DNA of 64,000 nt, taken from assembly GCF_009914755.1 (NCBI RefSeq), contig NC_060945.1, one strand, 5' to 3'. The notes below the pieces were generated by a model that saw only the letters and a program-made list of their open reading frames with translations, had not been told where the DNA came from and searched no databases. Below, one piece after another: positions 50,600 to 64,000 of this stretch; positions within the stretch are counted from its first letter, which is position 1; each line of letters opens with the position of its first letter. This DNA is from the human T2T-CHM13v2.0 reference genome, Homo sapiens. Both the position numbers and the translations under genes were made by a program.

Positions 50600-51405
50600 A
50601 CACACCTATTAAAACAACTAAACATAAAAATAGTGACAACAAAAGCTGGCAATGATGAAGAAACTGTATCATTCATACATTATTTGAATTGTAAAATGTT
50701 ATAATACTCTGGAAATAATTTATCAGTTTCTTTAAAAACTAAACATATATTTATAATAAGATCCAGCAGTTGCACACCTGGAAATTTATCTAAGAGAAAT
50801 GAAAACCTATATGCGATCTTTAATATCTTTCATAGCACCTTTAATTCTAACAGAGAAAAACTGGAAACATCCAAGATGTTGGAGAGGTGAATGGTTGAAT
50901 AAACTGTGGTATATCTATATGATTAAATACTACCCAGAAATTAAAAAGTATATACTTTTGACACATGCAATAACTTGCATAGATCTGAAGGGCATTATGC
51001 TTAGTGAAAAAAAGCAAATATCAAAAGGACACATGGCATATTATTTCATGTATATAACTTTAATAAAATAACATACATATAGAAAACAGATTAGTGATTT
51101 CCAGAGGTTAGTGATGGTATGGGAATGTGAGATGAATATGGCTATAAAATGTGAGGAAGACACTTTTAGTGATGGAAGAGTTCTGTAACTTAATTGTAAT
51201 AATGGTCACATTAATCAACACGTGATAAAATAGGCATAGACCTATGAATTCACATTGTATAAATGTCAATGCCTGGTCTTGATATTGTACTAAATTATAC
51301 GAGATGTAACTCTTGAAATAAACTGTGTAGAATAGTACATGAGACCTCTCTGTATTTGAAACTCCCTATGGATCTATGATCTTTTCAAAATAAAAAGCTA
51401 AAAAA
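50600..51405 (+). mobile_element. Ancient L1M (L1MC/MD-like) 3' end
   Basis: Translation KNWKHPRCWRGEWLNKLWYIYMIKYY..LKGIMLSEK resembles the ORF2 C-terminus. Confidence 0.75.
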
Positions 51406-51669
51406 TGCTAAGTGTTCAATAAATAAAATAGTAACTGTATTTTATCCAATTCTTACCATATAAAAATGCTTCACATACATTAACTCATACAATTCAATCT
51501 ATAGCAGGATCATATTGATGCCATTATTAGTCCTAATTTATAGCCTAGTAGCTTGTTCAAGGTCACATAGCTAATAGGAGGAAGGGTTATGATTTTAATC
51601 CAAGCAACCAGCTCCAGAGAATGTGCTACCAACTGACACATCACAGCATTTCTCAAAAATAATTCTGGA

Positions 51670-51905
51670 TGGAAGGAAAGAAGGGAGTTAAGGAAGGAGA
51701 GAGAGAAGGAAGGAAGGAAGGAAGGAAGGAAGGAAGGAAGGAAGGAAGGAAGGAAGGAAGGGAGGGAGGGAGGAAGGAAAGAAGGAAGGAAAGAAGGAAG
51801 GAAAGAAGGAAGGCTGTAAGGGAGGGAGGGAGGAAACAGGGAAAGAAGGAGGGAAGGAAGGAAGGAAGATACAATAAAGGAAGGAAGGAAGGAAGAAAGA
51901 AAGAT
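51670..51905. repeat. (GGAA)n / purine-rich microsatellite
   Basis: 14 uninterrupted GAAG at 51705-51760 within a ~230 bp purine tract. Confidence 0.95.
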
Positions 51906-54900
51906 ACAATAGCCAGTATATTTACTCAAAGAGAAGACATCATAAAACCCTTTTAACAAACACAGCCTGACTTCTCAAATTCCCTCTCCATTCAACTTCC
52001 TTGACTGTAGAGTCCTATTCAGGGTCAAGGGAAGGAGAAATCAAACTAAAGATCATAACGCTGCATGTATGTGGCATTGTATTGCCAGAGTTCTCTGAGT
52101 AAACCTTTCTAGAGATGCACATTTTGCACTCTATTGGAAAAGTTATCTTAATTATAATGTTTCTGAAGATGCATTTGCCATACTGAAAGCAAGCAGTCAC
52201 ATACAATTTGGTAGACACCAGCACAAATGACAAGAAAAACTTGGTAAAGTTGAAGAGACTGCCTTTGTTATATCTAATATTCTATCACCCCAGATCTATC
52301 TTCTCAAATCTCCACATTACTTAGCCTAACCCTGTTTTTCTGTTTTCTAGAGGAACCCACCACATTGATCAGGTTGATTTATTCACATTTTCCCAAAAAT
52401 GCTAGGTAGATTCCTTCCTAAATCCATTAGTAAGTTATAGTCTGTATTCCCCATGGATGAACTGTGTTCACCAGTTATGACTCTTAGGAGGAACTTCATA
52501 GAAGATCTTCAGTGGCATCTATTGGTACATGTTGGACATTAACTAAAAATGTATAGTTTTAGCAACCAACAGATTCTATTCTTATACCTGTTGGTCATGT
52601 CCAGGCAGTTATGTGTAAAATAATTACACAATGTTTCAAAATTTCAAGATGTTTGCCTACCTATATAGTGTCCTTCACTCTCCTCCCCAGCTCTCCAAAT
52701 AATATCCATAATTCAAAGACCAGTTAAATCCTACAGGCATATTCACAGAATAACTGCCCTGAAAACATTGCTTAAATTAATGAAGACCATCTATGGACAA
52801 TGCATCTTCAAGAGCTCAAGATCTGGTGAAAAAACGGAAACAAAGAAGAAATTTCAATACAATGTGATGAAAATTTTAAATTATTTCTCTCTTGCAAATT
52901 TCCATTGCTTGTTTGAACATTCAGGAGAATAGTACTGCTTTCCCATTGAATGTATAAATAAATGTAAGAATGAAGGTTGGCCCTCCCTCCAAATTCATTA
53001 AACATTAAATTTTTTAAGTAAAAGATAAGAGGGCTGTATGAAAATTAAAATTCATGATTACTTCCAATATAGAAAATAATTGAAATAGATAAAAACACAA
53101 CCAAATAGAAATGGATATTGCTAAAAATTACCTTCTTAATTAAATTAGTAAAAAAAGTGAAATTATTGTTCTATCCATATTGGTGACATTGCTTCTTAAA
53201 TTATTCAAATTAAAATATATTCTACTGGTGAGTTCAGGAAAAATTGACAATAAAGGAATAGTATCATACACAAAGAAATATAACTCACTGTTTTAGCCTA
53301 GCAACTAGTGTTTACAGAACAAGTTACAGATTATTCTGCAATATGAAACAATCCTAAAGTGTTTTTAACCTTAAATCAAAATTCAAATTAGAATTAGAAA
53401 TGAAATGATGTTCTCATTTCAGCAATGAATACAGAAGTGAAATCACTTGATTTTTCTGAAGACTGTATTTTTCAGTGTTCATCTAGATTTAACACTTTAA
53501 AGAATACCTTTTATTCCTTAAATAACATTCAGTTTGTGAAAGTAAGCACACCTTTTTCAGTTCCGCTTATTCTGCGGAAGGATCCTTCCATATCAAGGAT
53601 TAACACAATATGCATCGTGGGTTCACAAAGTTCAGTTTGCAGCTATCCTTAGCAAATCATGGAACCATCTAGACTGATTGATGTGGAGATTGAAAGTAAT
53701 TGATCCTGCCATTGAGAAGCTTTTTGAAACATGAAATTAAACAAGATGATATTAAGCATTCTGAAGTCCAGCAGAGTGGCACATCAAATGTGTTACTAGC
53801 TGTTCCTTTTCCTTTGTATTTTTATAAAGACCCTTGGCTGGCAGAATGGAACAGAAATAGAAGCTAAAAGATCTAGATATTGATGTAGTGATCAAAGGCA
53901 TACAGCTGGTTTACTTTGTTATAATAATATTTTATGTGGTACATGAAGACTTTGATCCCTTGACAAATGTCATTTGTAGGTGAGCAATTATTAATAGGAT
54001 TGTAAGTCTTAATATGCAAGGATCACCATTAATAAAAGTAGATTATTGTAAAGTGAATTAGCAATAATTTTACTTATGAATAAAAACTTATACTATTTCA
54101 GGTCATTTTCTTATTGTTTCTTGAAAAAAGAAGTCCTTTATAAGTCCAGTTAAATATTACCTAATTTTTGCATCAAATTTCATGGTAAACAAGGCTTATT
54201 TTCTTACTTTACTGATGTCTAAAAGCTAAATTTCACTGGTGATATATCATTTGTTTAAGACTAGGTAACTGATAACCTAAGCTGAGACCCAAAATTTGTT
54301 ATTTTCTTTATTTACAGCACAATATTTTCCATCATGGTATATTACATCTTGCTAAAGAAGCTATGTTTCTTTAGCAAGACAATTGAAAAGCATAAACATT
54401 GGTTTACTAGAAAGATTTTTAATATTCCATATTATTTACAACTGTTTGCTTATTTCCATGTATAAAATGACATTGATTCAATAGACTTCTTCCACATTTG
54501 CATGATATTCAGCTATAACACTAACTCAGGCAATATTCATATGGCTCCAGAATTAAACTGGTATCTGACCTCCCAATTGAATTAGAAGATAGGCATTTTG
54601 TGATTTGAGGAAGACATCCTGTGAATTTACAAATGTCCAGAAAGTTATACAAAAGAAAAACAAAATACTTTAGTCTAGTTAAAAGTAGTGCTACTATTTC
54701 TTGAAATTCTGAAAGCTGTACTAAGTATCACTCCTAAATCTGGGGATAAAGTACAGAAAATGGCATCTCCCAATATAATCTTGGACATATTTGTCATTAA
54801 GAAGCACAATGAAATATGACAAATTGTACAGCAACTTTTAAAAATTGCTAATAACTCTTTGTTTATCTCAGTAGTAAAATTTAAATACTGATCCAACCTG

Positions 54901-55635
54901 ACACATATGAACATAACATACCTATTCTGAAAGACAAAGAATATGTATCGATATTTATATTATATTTAATACAAATCATGGAATATAGAATTATAGAATT
55001 GTGCCTATTTACCTAGAAAATATTACCCCAGTTTTGTTTTTCTAAGCTTCAAGAGAGATTTCTTGGAGAAAATGAGATTTTATAAGCAATGCTAGCAAAA
55101 AAAGATAACTTAAAAGATTATGGAGAAAAAGGCGTATTTTAGATACAAAACACAGATTGAGAAACGCTTAGGGGCAAGAAGTAATGCATCACTGGCCAGT
55201 GTAAATGAACCGTTTAGGCAGTAAAATGTGTCCAAGCAAGTGGTGAGTATATCCTGTTCTCTTTTATATATCTAGACAAGTGATTTCAAACACCCACATG
55301 GAGCCCTGAGACCCTGGGTGTTCACCTAATGTAAGCCCCAATATAGGAGCTGAGGTCAAGTAATTGAGGGAATATGTCCAACAATCAATGAGCAAATTAG
55401 AATGAGCTAACTGTCACACATTCTTACCCTCATCCCTTTGCTGCATTAACTGAGCAAACAACTCTCTCTAACTATGTAGGAAAAGTGTTAGTACTCAAAT
55501 AAAAAGGTAAATTTAATAATCTGCTTAAGGCTGTATGAAAAAATGAAGCAATGTGTATCAGGTTTCTTCAAATATATGCATATTGCAATCCACCCTTATA
55601 AGTAGTTTTACCCTCGATTGTAAGAGCTAAAAGCA

Positions 55636-56035
<400 letters not shown>

Positions 56036-56132
56036 TTATATAACATATTATACATATTTTACACTGGATAATGGATAAATGGTACCTATTATGTTGGTGA
56101 CCACAATTTTGGCAGCCTTAGAAAAACTTCAG

Positions 56133-56448
<316 letters not shown>

Positions 56449-57959
56449 TCAGAGCATAAGCCAAAACAATTAGAAATAGCATGGCTTTAAATTAATTTTT
56501 CAAGAATCTTAAGGTGACAAATATTCTGTCATCTGTCATGCAAATCTAGTTCCACAGAAGGGCAAATTAGGAATCCATTACCTGGAATAACCATTCCTCA
56601 TGCCTAGAAGAAGAATCTCTACAAGCAGGATTCTTGCTTTCAACATGCCCTTATAAATTGGAGTCAGACTGAATCATTTTTTCTTGGCAATGGACAAGAA
56701 AATCAGACTGTAACTACCTTTGTCACTGAGAATTGGTCAACCATTTCAAAATAGGTAAGTTTTCTCCCCCTGATGTTTCTACTGGGGCTTGAAGGATTGA
56801 TAAATATGCTTATATTCTCTGTCAGAATTTTGAACTAAGGGAGAGATAAGCAAAGATTCAGGCAGATGGAGATCAAGATGGCAGGTTTATTTTTAAAGGA
56901 GCTATGGGGAATCTTTGTGGTAACAATAGATTTTTTCTGTTACTGTGGACACACATACCTTCCCAGCCACAAGTGGTGCTAGACAACTGCACACCTCTCC
57001 ATCCCACCTCCCATCCCAACAGATACATAGGCATTTTCTTCAGATGTTGATGAAAATAATTATTTTATCACTACATCCAGATAATTCCAACAAGCAATAT
57101 GCTTGTTGAGGTGAAATAATTTTTCTAAGATACAAACAGAAAATATATACGATTGAAATAGACACTAGGTGATATTTCACATACACAATATGAGCTCTGT
57201 TTCTTTGACAAGACAGATGCATGAAGAATTCATGTTTGAATGATTGGCATTAGTCTAAAGTATTAAATAATGAAATTGTCCATATTCTCTGCCCAGTATG
57301 ATCTTTTAAAATATCATCCACACAAATACAAGTGAGGTCATATTTTTTACAATGAGGCATCAAATTTAAAGGCAGCAAAAAAATAATGAATATACCTCTT
57401 AGGCTAATTGTTTACCTTAGTGGCTTTAATGATATGGAAAGTTGAAGTTTAGAGTGAGAAAAGCACCAAAAAAGAAAATAATCAGTCTCCTGACTTTCAT
57501 ATCTGGTAGTCTTAGAATGAATGTCAGAACTGTCACAGGTCAAATAATGGCCCAGTATGTTTTCAAATAAGTGACACTGAACACCATGTTTTAGAAGTGC
57601 ATGATTATCCTTCTTGATGTTAATCTCACAACTTAAGGACATGCTTGCCAAACATCATAATTTCTCTTAATAACTCATATCAGATAAATCTCCAGTGGAG
57701 ACCTATGCTCTGGACTCCAGACTTATGCCAAGTAGCCTAATTACTATCTCCACTTGCAGGCAAAATAGGCATCTCAAAGTGAACATACCTCAAAAAGAGC
57801 TCTTAATCTCCTTCTACTATTCTCCCCACTTACCCAGCATCTTCCCCATTCTCACCTTCTCTCATCATGTTCCTCATATCAGGAGGTAATAGACTCCATC
57901 CTTATAGTTATACAGTTATTAAGCCACAAAACACCCTGTTCATACCCTTGGCAGCCCTA

Positions 57960-59272
57960 TTTTTTTTTTTTAATTATACTTTAAGTTCTGTGATACAGGT
58001 GCAGAACATGCAGGTTTGTTACATAGGTATACATGTGTCATGGTGGTTTGCTGCACCTATCAACCTGTCATCTACATTAGGTATTTCTGCTAATGCTATC
58101 CCTCCCTTACCCCCCACCCCCTGACAGGCCCTTGTGTGTAATATTCCCCTCCCTGTATCCATGTGTTCTTATTGTTCAACTCCCACTTATGAGTGAGAAT
58201 ATGCAGTGTTTGGTTTTCTGTTCCTGTGTTAGTTTGCTGAGAATGATGGTTTCCAGCTTTATCTATGTCCCTGCAAAGGACATGAACACATTCTTTTTTA
58301 TGGCTGCATAATATTCCATGGTATATATGTGCCACATTTTCTTTATCCAGGCTATCATTGATGGGCATTTGGGTTGGTTCCAAGTCTTTGCTATTGTGAA
58401 TAGTGCTGCAGGAAACATACATGTGCATGTGCCAACCCCATCAAAAAGTGGACAAAGGATATGAGCAGACACTTCTCAAAAGAAGAAATTTATGCGGCCA
58501 ACAAACATATGAAAAAAAGCTCATCATCACTGTGCTGGGTCCATCCCGCAGACCCTGGCTGAGCAACAGAAGAAAGGAGTACTCAGACACAAATATACAG
58601 GGTAAGAGCAGGCTAGGAGGCTGCGAGCACTAGGGGCAGAGGAGAGTTAGCAGTCTCAATAAGACAGAGCTGCTTGTATTTATTCAGTACTGGTATAACG
58701 TCCAAGGCCTGGAGTCAACACAATTGCTGGGTAATTAACATTTTTGCTCCCTCTTACAGGGAGCAGTCTCATGCTCAGAAGTTCAAAAGTCAGTTTCCTG
58801 ATGACATAAGTAAACAAGCCTATTTAGATAAACTTCTTTACTTTTCCTTGCACCTACTTCTCACCCTTAGCCTCAGAGAAAGAGAATTTTCTTCCTTCAC
58901 CTTTATTCTCTCATGAAGCTTTTGCAAGACCTTCCAACCTTTCAAGAAGGCTTGCGTCTTTCCTTATAGCTTCTCCCACCACCCTGACCGATCTCCCACA
59001 TCACTGGTCATGAGAGAAATGCAAATCAAAACCACAGTGAGATACCATCCCACGCCAGTTAGAATGACGACCACTAAAAAGTCAGGAAACAATAGACACT
59101 GGAGAGGATATGGAGAAATAGGAATGCTTTTACACTGTTGATGGGAGTGTAAGTTAGTTCAACTATTGTGGAAGGCAGTGTGGCGATTTCTCAAGGTTCT
59201 AGAACCAGAAATACCATTTGACCCCGCAATCCCATTACTAGGTTTCTACCCAAAGTATTATAAATCATTCTA
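57960..59272 (-). mobile_element. L1PA with 5' inversion (3' part minus 57960-58431; inverted part plus 58433-59272)
   Basis: Both segments meet the same L1 position (..AAATCATTCTAC / CACATGCAC..), the twin-priming geometry. Confidence 0.85.
58533..59000 (-). mobile_element. LTR22 (HERV-K HML-5) solo LTR nested in the L1
   Basis: Reverse complement begins TGTGGGAGATCGGTCAGGGTGGTGGGAGAAG. 6-bp TSD TCACTG (58527-58532 / 59001-59006). Confidence 0.82.
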
Positions 59273-59274
59273 CG

Positions 59275-59566
59275 TTTTTTTTTGACATGGAGTTTCACTC
59301 TCGTCATCCAGGTTGGAGTGCAATGGCATGATCTTGGCTCACTGCAACCACCACCTCCTGGGTTCAAGTGATTCCCTTGCCTCAGCTTCCTGAGGAGCTG
59401 GGATTACAGGCACCCGCCAACATGCCCGGCTAATGTTTGTATTTTTAATAGAGACGGGGTTTCACCATGTTGGCCAGGCTGGTTTCAAACTCCTGACCTC
59501 AGGTAATCCACCCATCTCAGCCTCCCAAAGTGCAGTGATTACAGGACTAAGCTACGACTCCCAGCC
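59275..59566 (-). mobile_element. AluS
   Basis: Reverse Alu consensus. Confidence 0.9.
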
Positions 59567-59867
59567 ACCCTCATTTTTTTATAGCTCATACTATGTTAAC
59601 AAATTTTATCAATAGTAATTCAAAACATCTTCAGATTCTGTTCCTGTCTCACCACCATCACTACCACCCTGATTCAAACCACCATCTCTCCACTCTCCAG
59701 TTAGGTTTACTGCTATAGCCGCCTAACTGGTCTTCCTACTTCCCTGTAGCCCCTTGCCTTCAGTCTATTCTAGTTTCTGCAATTAGGGTGATTCTTTAAG
59801 AATATGTCAGACGGAGCCATTCTTCTGTTAAAACCCTCCAATGACTTCACTCTCCATCCCACTCAAG

Positions 59868-60305
59868 GTATTAGTTTCCTCAGGCTACTGTAACAAATTA
59901 CCACCAACTGAGTAGGTTAAAAGTACAGAAATTTATCCTCTCACAGTTCTGGAGGCTAGGAGTTGAAAGTAAGGTGTCATCAGGGTCATGGTCTCTGAAG
60001 GCTCCAGGGGAGGATCCTTCCTTGTCTTTTCCTAGCTTCTCACAGTTGCCATCAATCCTTGGCATTCTTTGGCTTGTAGTTACATGACTCCAATCTCTTC
60101 CTTCATCATCACATACTTTATCCACTATGTGTTTTTCTAAATATCCACGTTCTTACAAGCACACTAGTCATTTGATAAGGGCCCATCTGAATCCACTTAA
60201 CTTGACTGACTAGGCAAGATTTTATTTCCAAGTAATGTCATATTTACAAGTACTGAGAGTTGGGATTTGAACATCTTTTTGGGGAAGACATAATTCAACC
60301 CACAG
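59868..60305 (-). mobile_element. MLT1 (MLT1C-like) LTR
   Basis: TATTAGTTTCCT..GTAACAAATTACCAC..TCTCACAGTTCTGGAGGCTAG..ATTCAACCC. Confidence 0.8.
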
Positions 60306-60349
60306 TACTCACATCCCAAAGCTCCTTACCATGCACACATCTCCAGTCC

Positions 60350-60500
60350 TTTGGTATTCAAAGTGTGATACACAGACCAGTAGCACCAGCATCCCCTGAA
60401 ACTTGTAAGAAATATAAACTCTCCAGACCACCTGAATCAGAATCTTTATTTTAATGTGAAACCTAGGTGATTTATATGCAAATTAGAATCTGAGAAGCAT
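60350..60500. mobile_element. MER5 (hAT) DNA transposon remnant
   Basis: CAAAGTGTG..GCATC..GAAACTTGT..CTGAATCAGAATCT..TGAGAAGC. Confidence 0.65.
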
Positions 60501-63216
60501 ACCCCTCAAAACAACCTGCCTACTTTTCTTATTATTTCATCTGCTCCTCACTCCATATCACTCTGTCATTACTCTGCTTGTGTCATATTGGCCTTTTTGA
60601 TATTCCTGTAGTGCCTGGACTATTCCTCCCCCAGATATTTGCATGGGTTATTTACTCACCTGCACCAGATATAAAGATACAGTTATTATATATAGTGATA
60701 TATAATTATACATATATTATCACACATATATATAACACAGTGCAGTTGTTCCTGGATAATCTATTTTAAATATACATCCTATCAACCCCATTCTTCTTCC
60801 TTGCTTTTTCTAATTCAAAAGTATTTATTTCCACAAATTTTTATCCACAGCTAAATATTACAGTGACTATTCCAAGCATTTTTCTATAAAGAAAGGTGTA
60901 GTTTACAGATTTGTTCAAAGTGGAAAAATATTTTCATCAGTAGTCTTTCTTCCCTGGTGTTAGGTTCACCCCTGAATGTTCTGAACTCTTCCGGAGAGGC
61001 AGTCCTTCATCTAAATGTCAGCAGGTGGCAAAATGTTATATTCAAATCTGGATTATTCTGATACAGTGTCACTTCAGAAAGTAGCTTAGTTTCATTTCTG
61101 GTTGATCCCCTTTGTTAGAATTAGGAATTTTTTTTTAAAAAACAATCTTTTGTATGTAATGACCTTTATAATAATAATAAATCCTGCCCTGTGTTTGTCA
61201 TTGGCATTAACCTCTGTCTACACCCTCTAATTCTCTAATTATGGCTCCAGTGGGTACAAAAGGTGAATTATGGTTATTTGGCTCAAGCAGCAAATTAATT
61301 GGAGAAACTGATGACAAATAGTCTGTGAAGAACTACAAGGTCTTGCCCCATGCTGTCCCATTTTAGTTACCATTTAGTTATGTAGGCATTATACAAATGC
61401 CTCAAATTAGGACACCTTTGCTCTCTCAGTAGGTCGAGTTTATGAAAATTTACTTTATGCAGAAAAAATAAATTCTAATTTATTGGTTACCAGAATCTTA
61501 ATGTATGAAGGTTCTAAGTAAATATTTGATGAATTGATGGTAGCAGCGTTAATTTTTAAATGTTCCAAGCTCCTAGTTTTTTTTTTGTTTTGTTTTTGCA
61601 AAAGCCTTAAAGTTTGGTACTAAGGAAATCAAAGAATCAACTCCCACCATCATGCTTCAGGAAAGGGAAAAATGTCTACCTTTGGGTCTAACCTGCCTCC
61701 CAGGTGAGCCTACTGGTACTAGAACTGTAACTGCAACTATGATGGCACAGAGAAAATGCATGTATGTAATATGCTTGTCGGCTTCAGCAACAACTCATGT
61801 ATACATACACATTTACTATATGTAAACAGGTCCCGTATAATACTTAAAACACAAGTGTTTGATCTATAAATATTTGATTCTTAGTATTTAAAATGCTTCT
61901 AATATTTTAAAAGACAAAACTCCACCATGATATCACATTGAACATTAAAATTATTCCCACAGCAACACTTATTTCAGAGAAACAATTGAGAAGTCAGTTA
62001 TCTTAGTCACCACTAAAGGCACCTGGTGAGAAAAGCTGAACTAAATTTTAAATATTAAAAAATTAAAGAGACATCTAGTGCAGAGTTCAAACCTTTATGT
62101 TGAATTGTTTGAGTCGTTACTGATTTCATGATGCTGATAAGTGTTTGAGTTGAAATGATTTTTTAAAATGCAGAGAAAATGCTAACAGAATATTATATAG
62201 TTCCCCTAAAGATGCTTCTTCTAACCTCCAAGTATTAAATAAGACTGATCTAAATGTTAAGTACATATAAAGTATATATTTGCTAGTCATCTATAAATTT
62301 TAAGTACAATTCCAGTGATATACCTGTATCTTTTGGAAGAGAAGAACTAAACCTGCCGTTTCTTAGGCTAAATAGATGATTCATAAGGTCCTTCCCTCCC
62401 CATTTATTCTGATTGCCAAGCTTTTGTTCAGTAAGCTCTTGGCATCTAGTGATTAACCAGTGACAGCAGACAGTAGTGACCAAGAGAGATGGAGAGAACG
62501 ATGGTGTAAGACAGTATATAAGGACAGTAAGCCACTGTATTTGTGGAACCACTGCATGTCAAAACTCCTTAACACTCTAACAAAGCATTTTTGGTCTTTT
62601 AAGATTAATGACAGTCCTTACATAAGGGACTCAGTTTCAAACTAAAGTGCATCAAAAAGCAAATTATACCCCACAAACAACTTTAAAGAGGTAGCCACAA
62701 ACCCAGTTGCTTTAGATTGGCCTTCTAAATGAAGTCAGCACATGGATCCATGTGTGAGTGTCATGGACGTCAGTGATTATGTAACTGTAACTGAAAGAAA
62801 AAGGCACAGCTCTGCAGACACCCAAGAGAAGCTGGCATGTTTAATGTGGATGTAGAAGGGATAATGTCCATGGCAACTGATTGGAACACAACTGTCAGCA
62901 GCCTCAACACAGGCTAAGACTGGGTTAAGCCCCAGGAGATGCAGAGAACGACTGAGGAAGCTGTGCTCTAAGGGGACATTACAGAAGGTAGCTTGGAGTG
63001 TGCTGTGTTTCCGAGAGCCTTTTAAGTTGGGTGGTTGAGTAAAGGAGGGTAGAGGCAGGCTGTTCTACTTCCAATCCATGGATAAATCTCATTTTCTCAA
63101 TGTAATACAGAGGCTGTTCTTCTATGATTGGCAAACACTATTTGTTCTTATCATGGAAACAGCATACTGCTATCAAGAAATAGGGAAAAGACAGTAAAAA
63201 AATGTGTGGAAAGAAT

Positions 63217-63574
63217 ATGGAATAAAAAATTTTATTATGCAGCCATAAAAAATGATGAGTTCATGTCCTTTGTAGGGACATGGATGAAGCTGGAAACCAT
63301 CATTCTCAGCAAACTATCGCAAGGACAAAAAACCAAACGCCGCATGTTCTCACTCATAGGTGGGAATTGAACAATGAGAACACTTGGACACAGGAAGGCG
63401 AACATCACACACCAGGGCCTGCTGTGTGGTGGGGGGAGGGATAGCATTAGGAGATATACCTAATGGAAATGACGAATTAGTGGGTACAGCAAATCAACAT
63501 GGCACATGTAAACAAATGCAACAAACCTGCACATTGTGCACATGTACCCTAGAACTTTAAGTATAATAAAAAAA
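63217..63574 (+). mobile_element. Short L1PA 3' end
   Basis: ORF2 end ..FSLIGGN, 3'UTR and A-tail. TSD GTGTGGAAAGAATA (63204-63217 / 63575-63588). Confidence 0.92.
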
Positions 63575-64000
63575 GTGTGGAAAGAATAATATGGGTTTCT
63601 AACTGAATGCTTGCTTTTGAAGAGCCCAAAAACAAACAAACAAAAAATTCTAAGAGCAGCAAACATCTACGCCTGTTATGTTACTGAATTACTCTTTTTT
63701 AAAATCCTTATTTCATAGGAGAGATATTTACAATTTTGAATTACAAAGTTTGAAAAACGTTGAAAATAACCTGAAAGGGGAAAGTTGACCTAAGCCATTT
63801 TATTCTCTTAAAAAAACCCAAACTTTTGTATAATAGTAATCCCTGAACTGAGTATTTTTGAAGGTTTTTCAGATAATCTGATGTGCGAGGTTAGTTTGTT
63901 TTACTATTCAGTTGTTTGGAATAGTAGAGCATTATATGAGGCTCTTACTGGAGGCTTAATGGTATTAAGAGATTAAAAGCTTTCACATTGTTTGGTTTTC

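Noticed and set aside
51510-51959. LPSF/EGRK-repeat ORFs
   Set aside because: Translations of the (GGAA)n microsatellite.

Overview
Primate (most likely human or great-ape) pericentromeric or acrocentric-type segmental-duplication mosaic with no clearly intact protein-coding gene. 1-5.4 kb: a CpG-rich ~195-220 bp gamma-satellite array (GSATII-like) with an embedded ~490 bp TAR1 subtelomeric fragment. 5.4-14.56 kb: an old, degenerate 18-19 bp tandem array (consensus about GATGTCCACCTGGGGCCT) with ~1.3 kb higher-order duplication, three orientation switches and a MaLR LTR insertion. 15.3-16.6 kb: a two-exon CDRT15/CDRT15L2 (C2orf27-type) pseudogene. 24.6-25.9 kb: three decayed TBC1D26/TBC1D3-family exons. 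The rest is AT-rich DNA dense in Alu, L1, LTR, L2 and MER elements. It includes a triple-nested MST<LTR<Alu insertion, an L1PA2 with a short 3' transduction, a twin-primed L1 carrying an LTR22, and a chain of minus-strand exon-like segments of unidentified origin. The most speculative leads are a Pol III B-box in a tRNA T-arm-like hairpin in many gamma-satellite monomers, an array-derived insert inside CDRT15 exon 1, and a rescued spliced 187-aa ORF. All family names come from recall of consensus and protein sequences, not from database searches.
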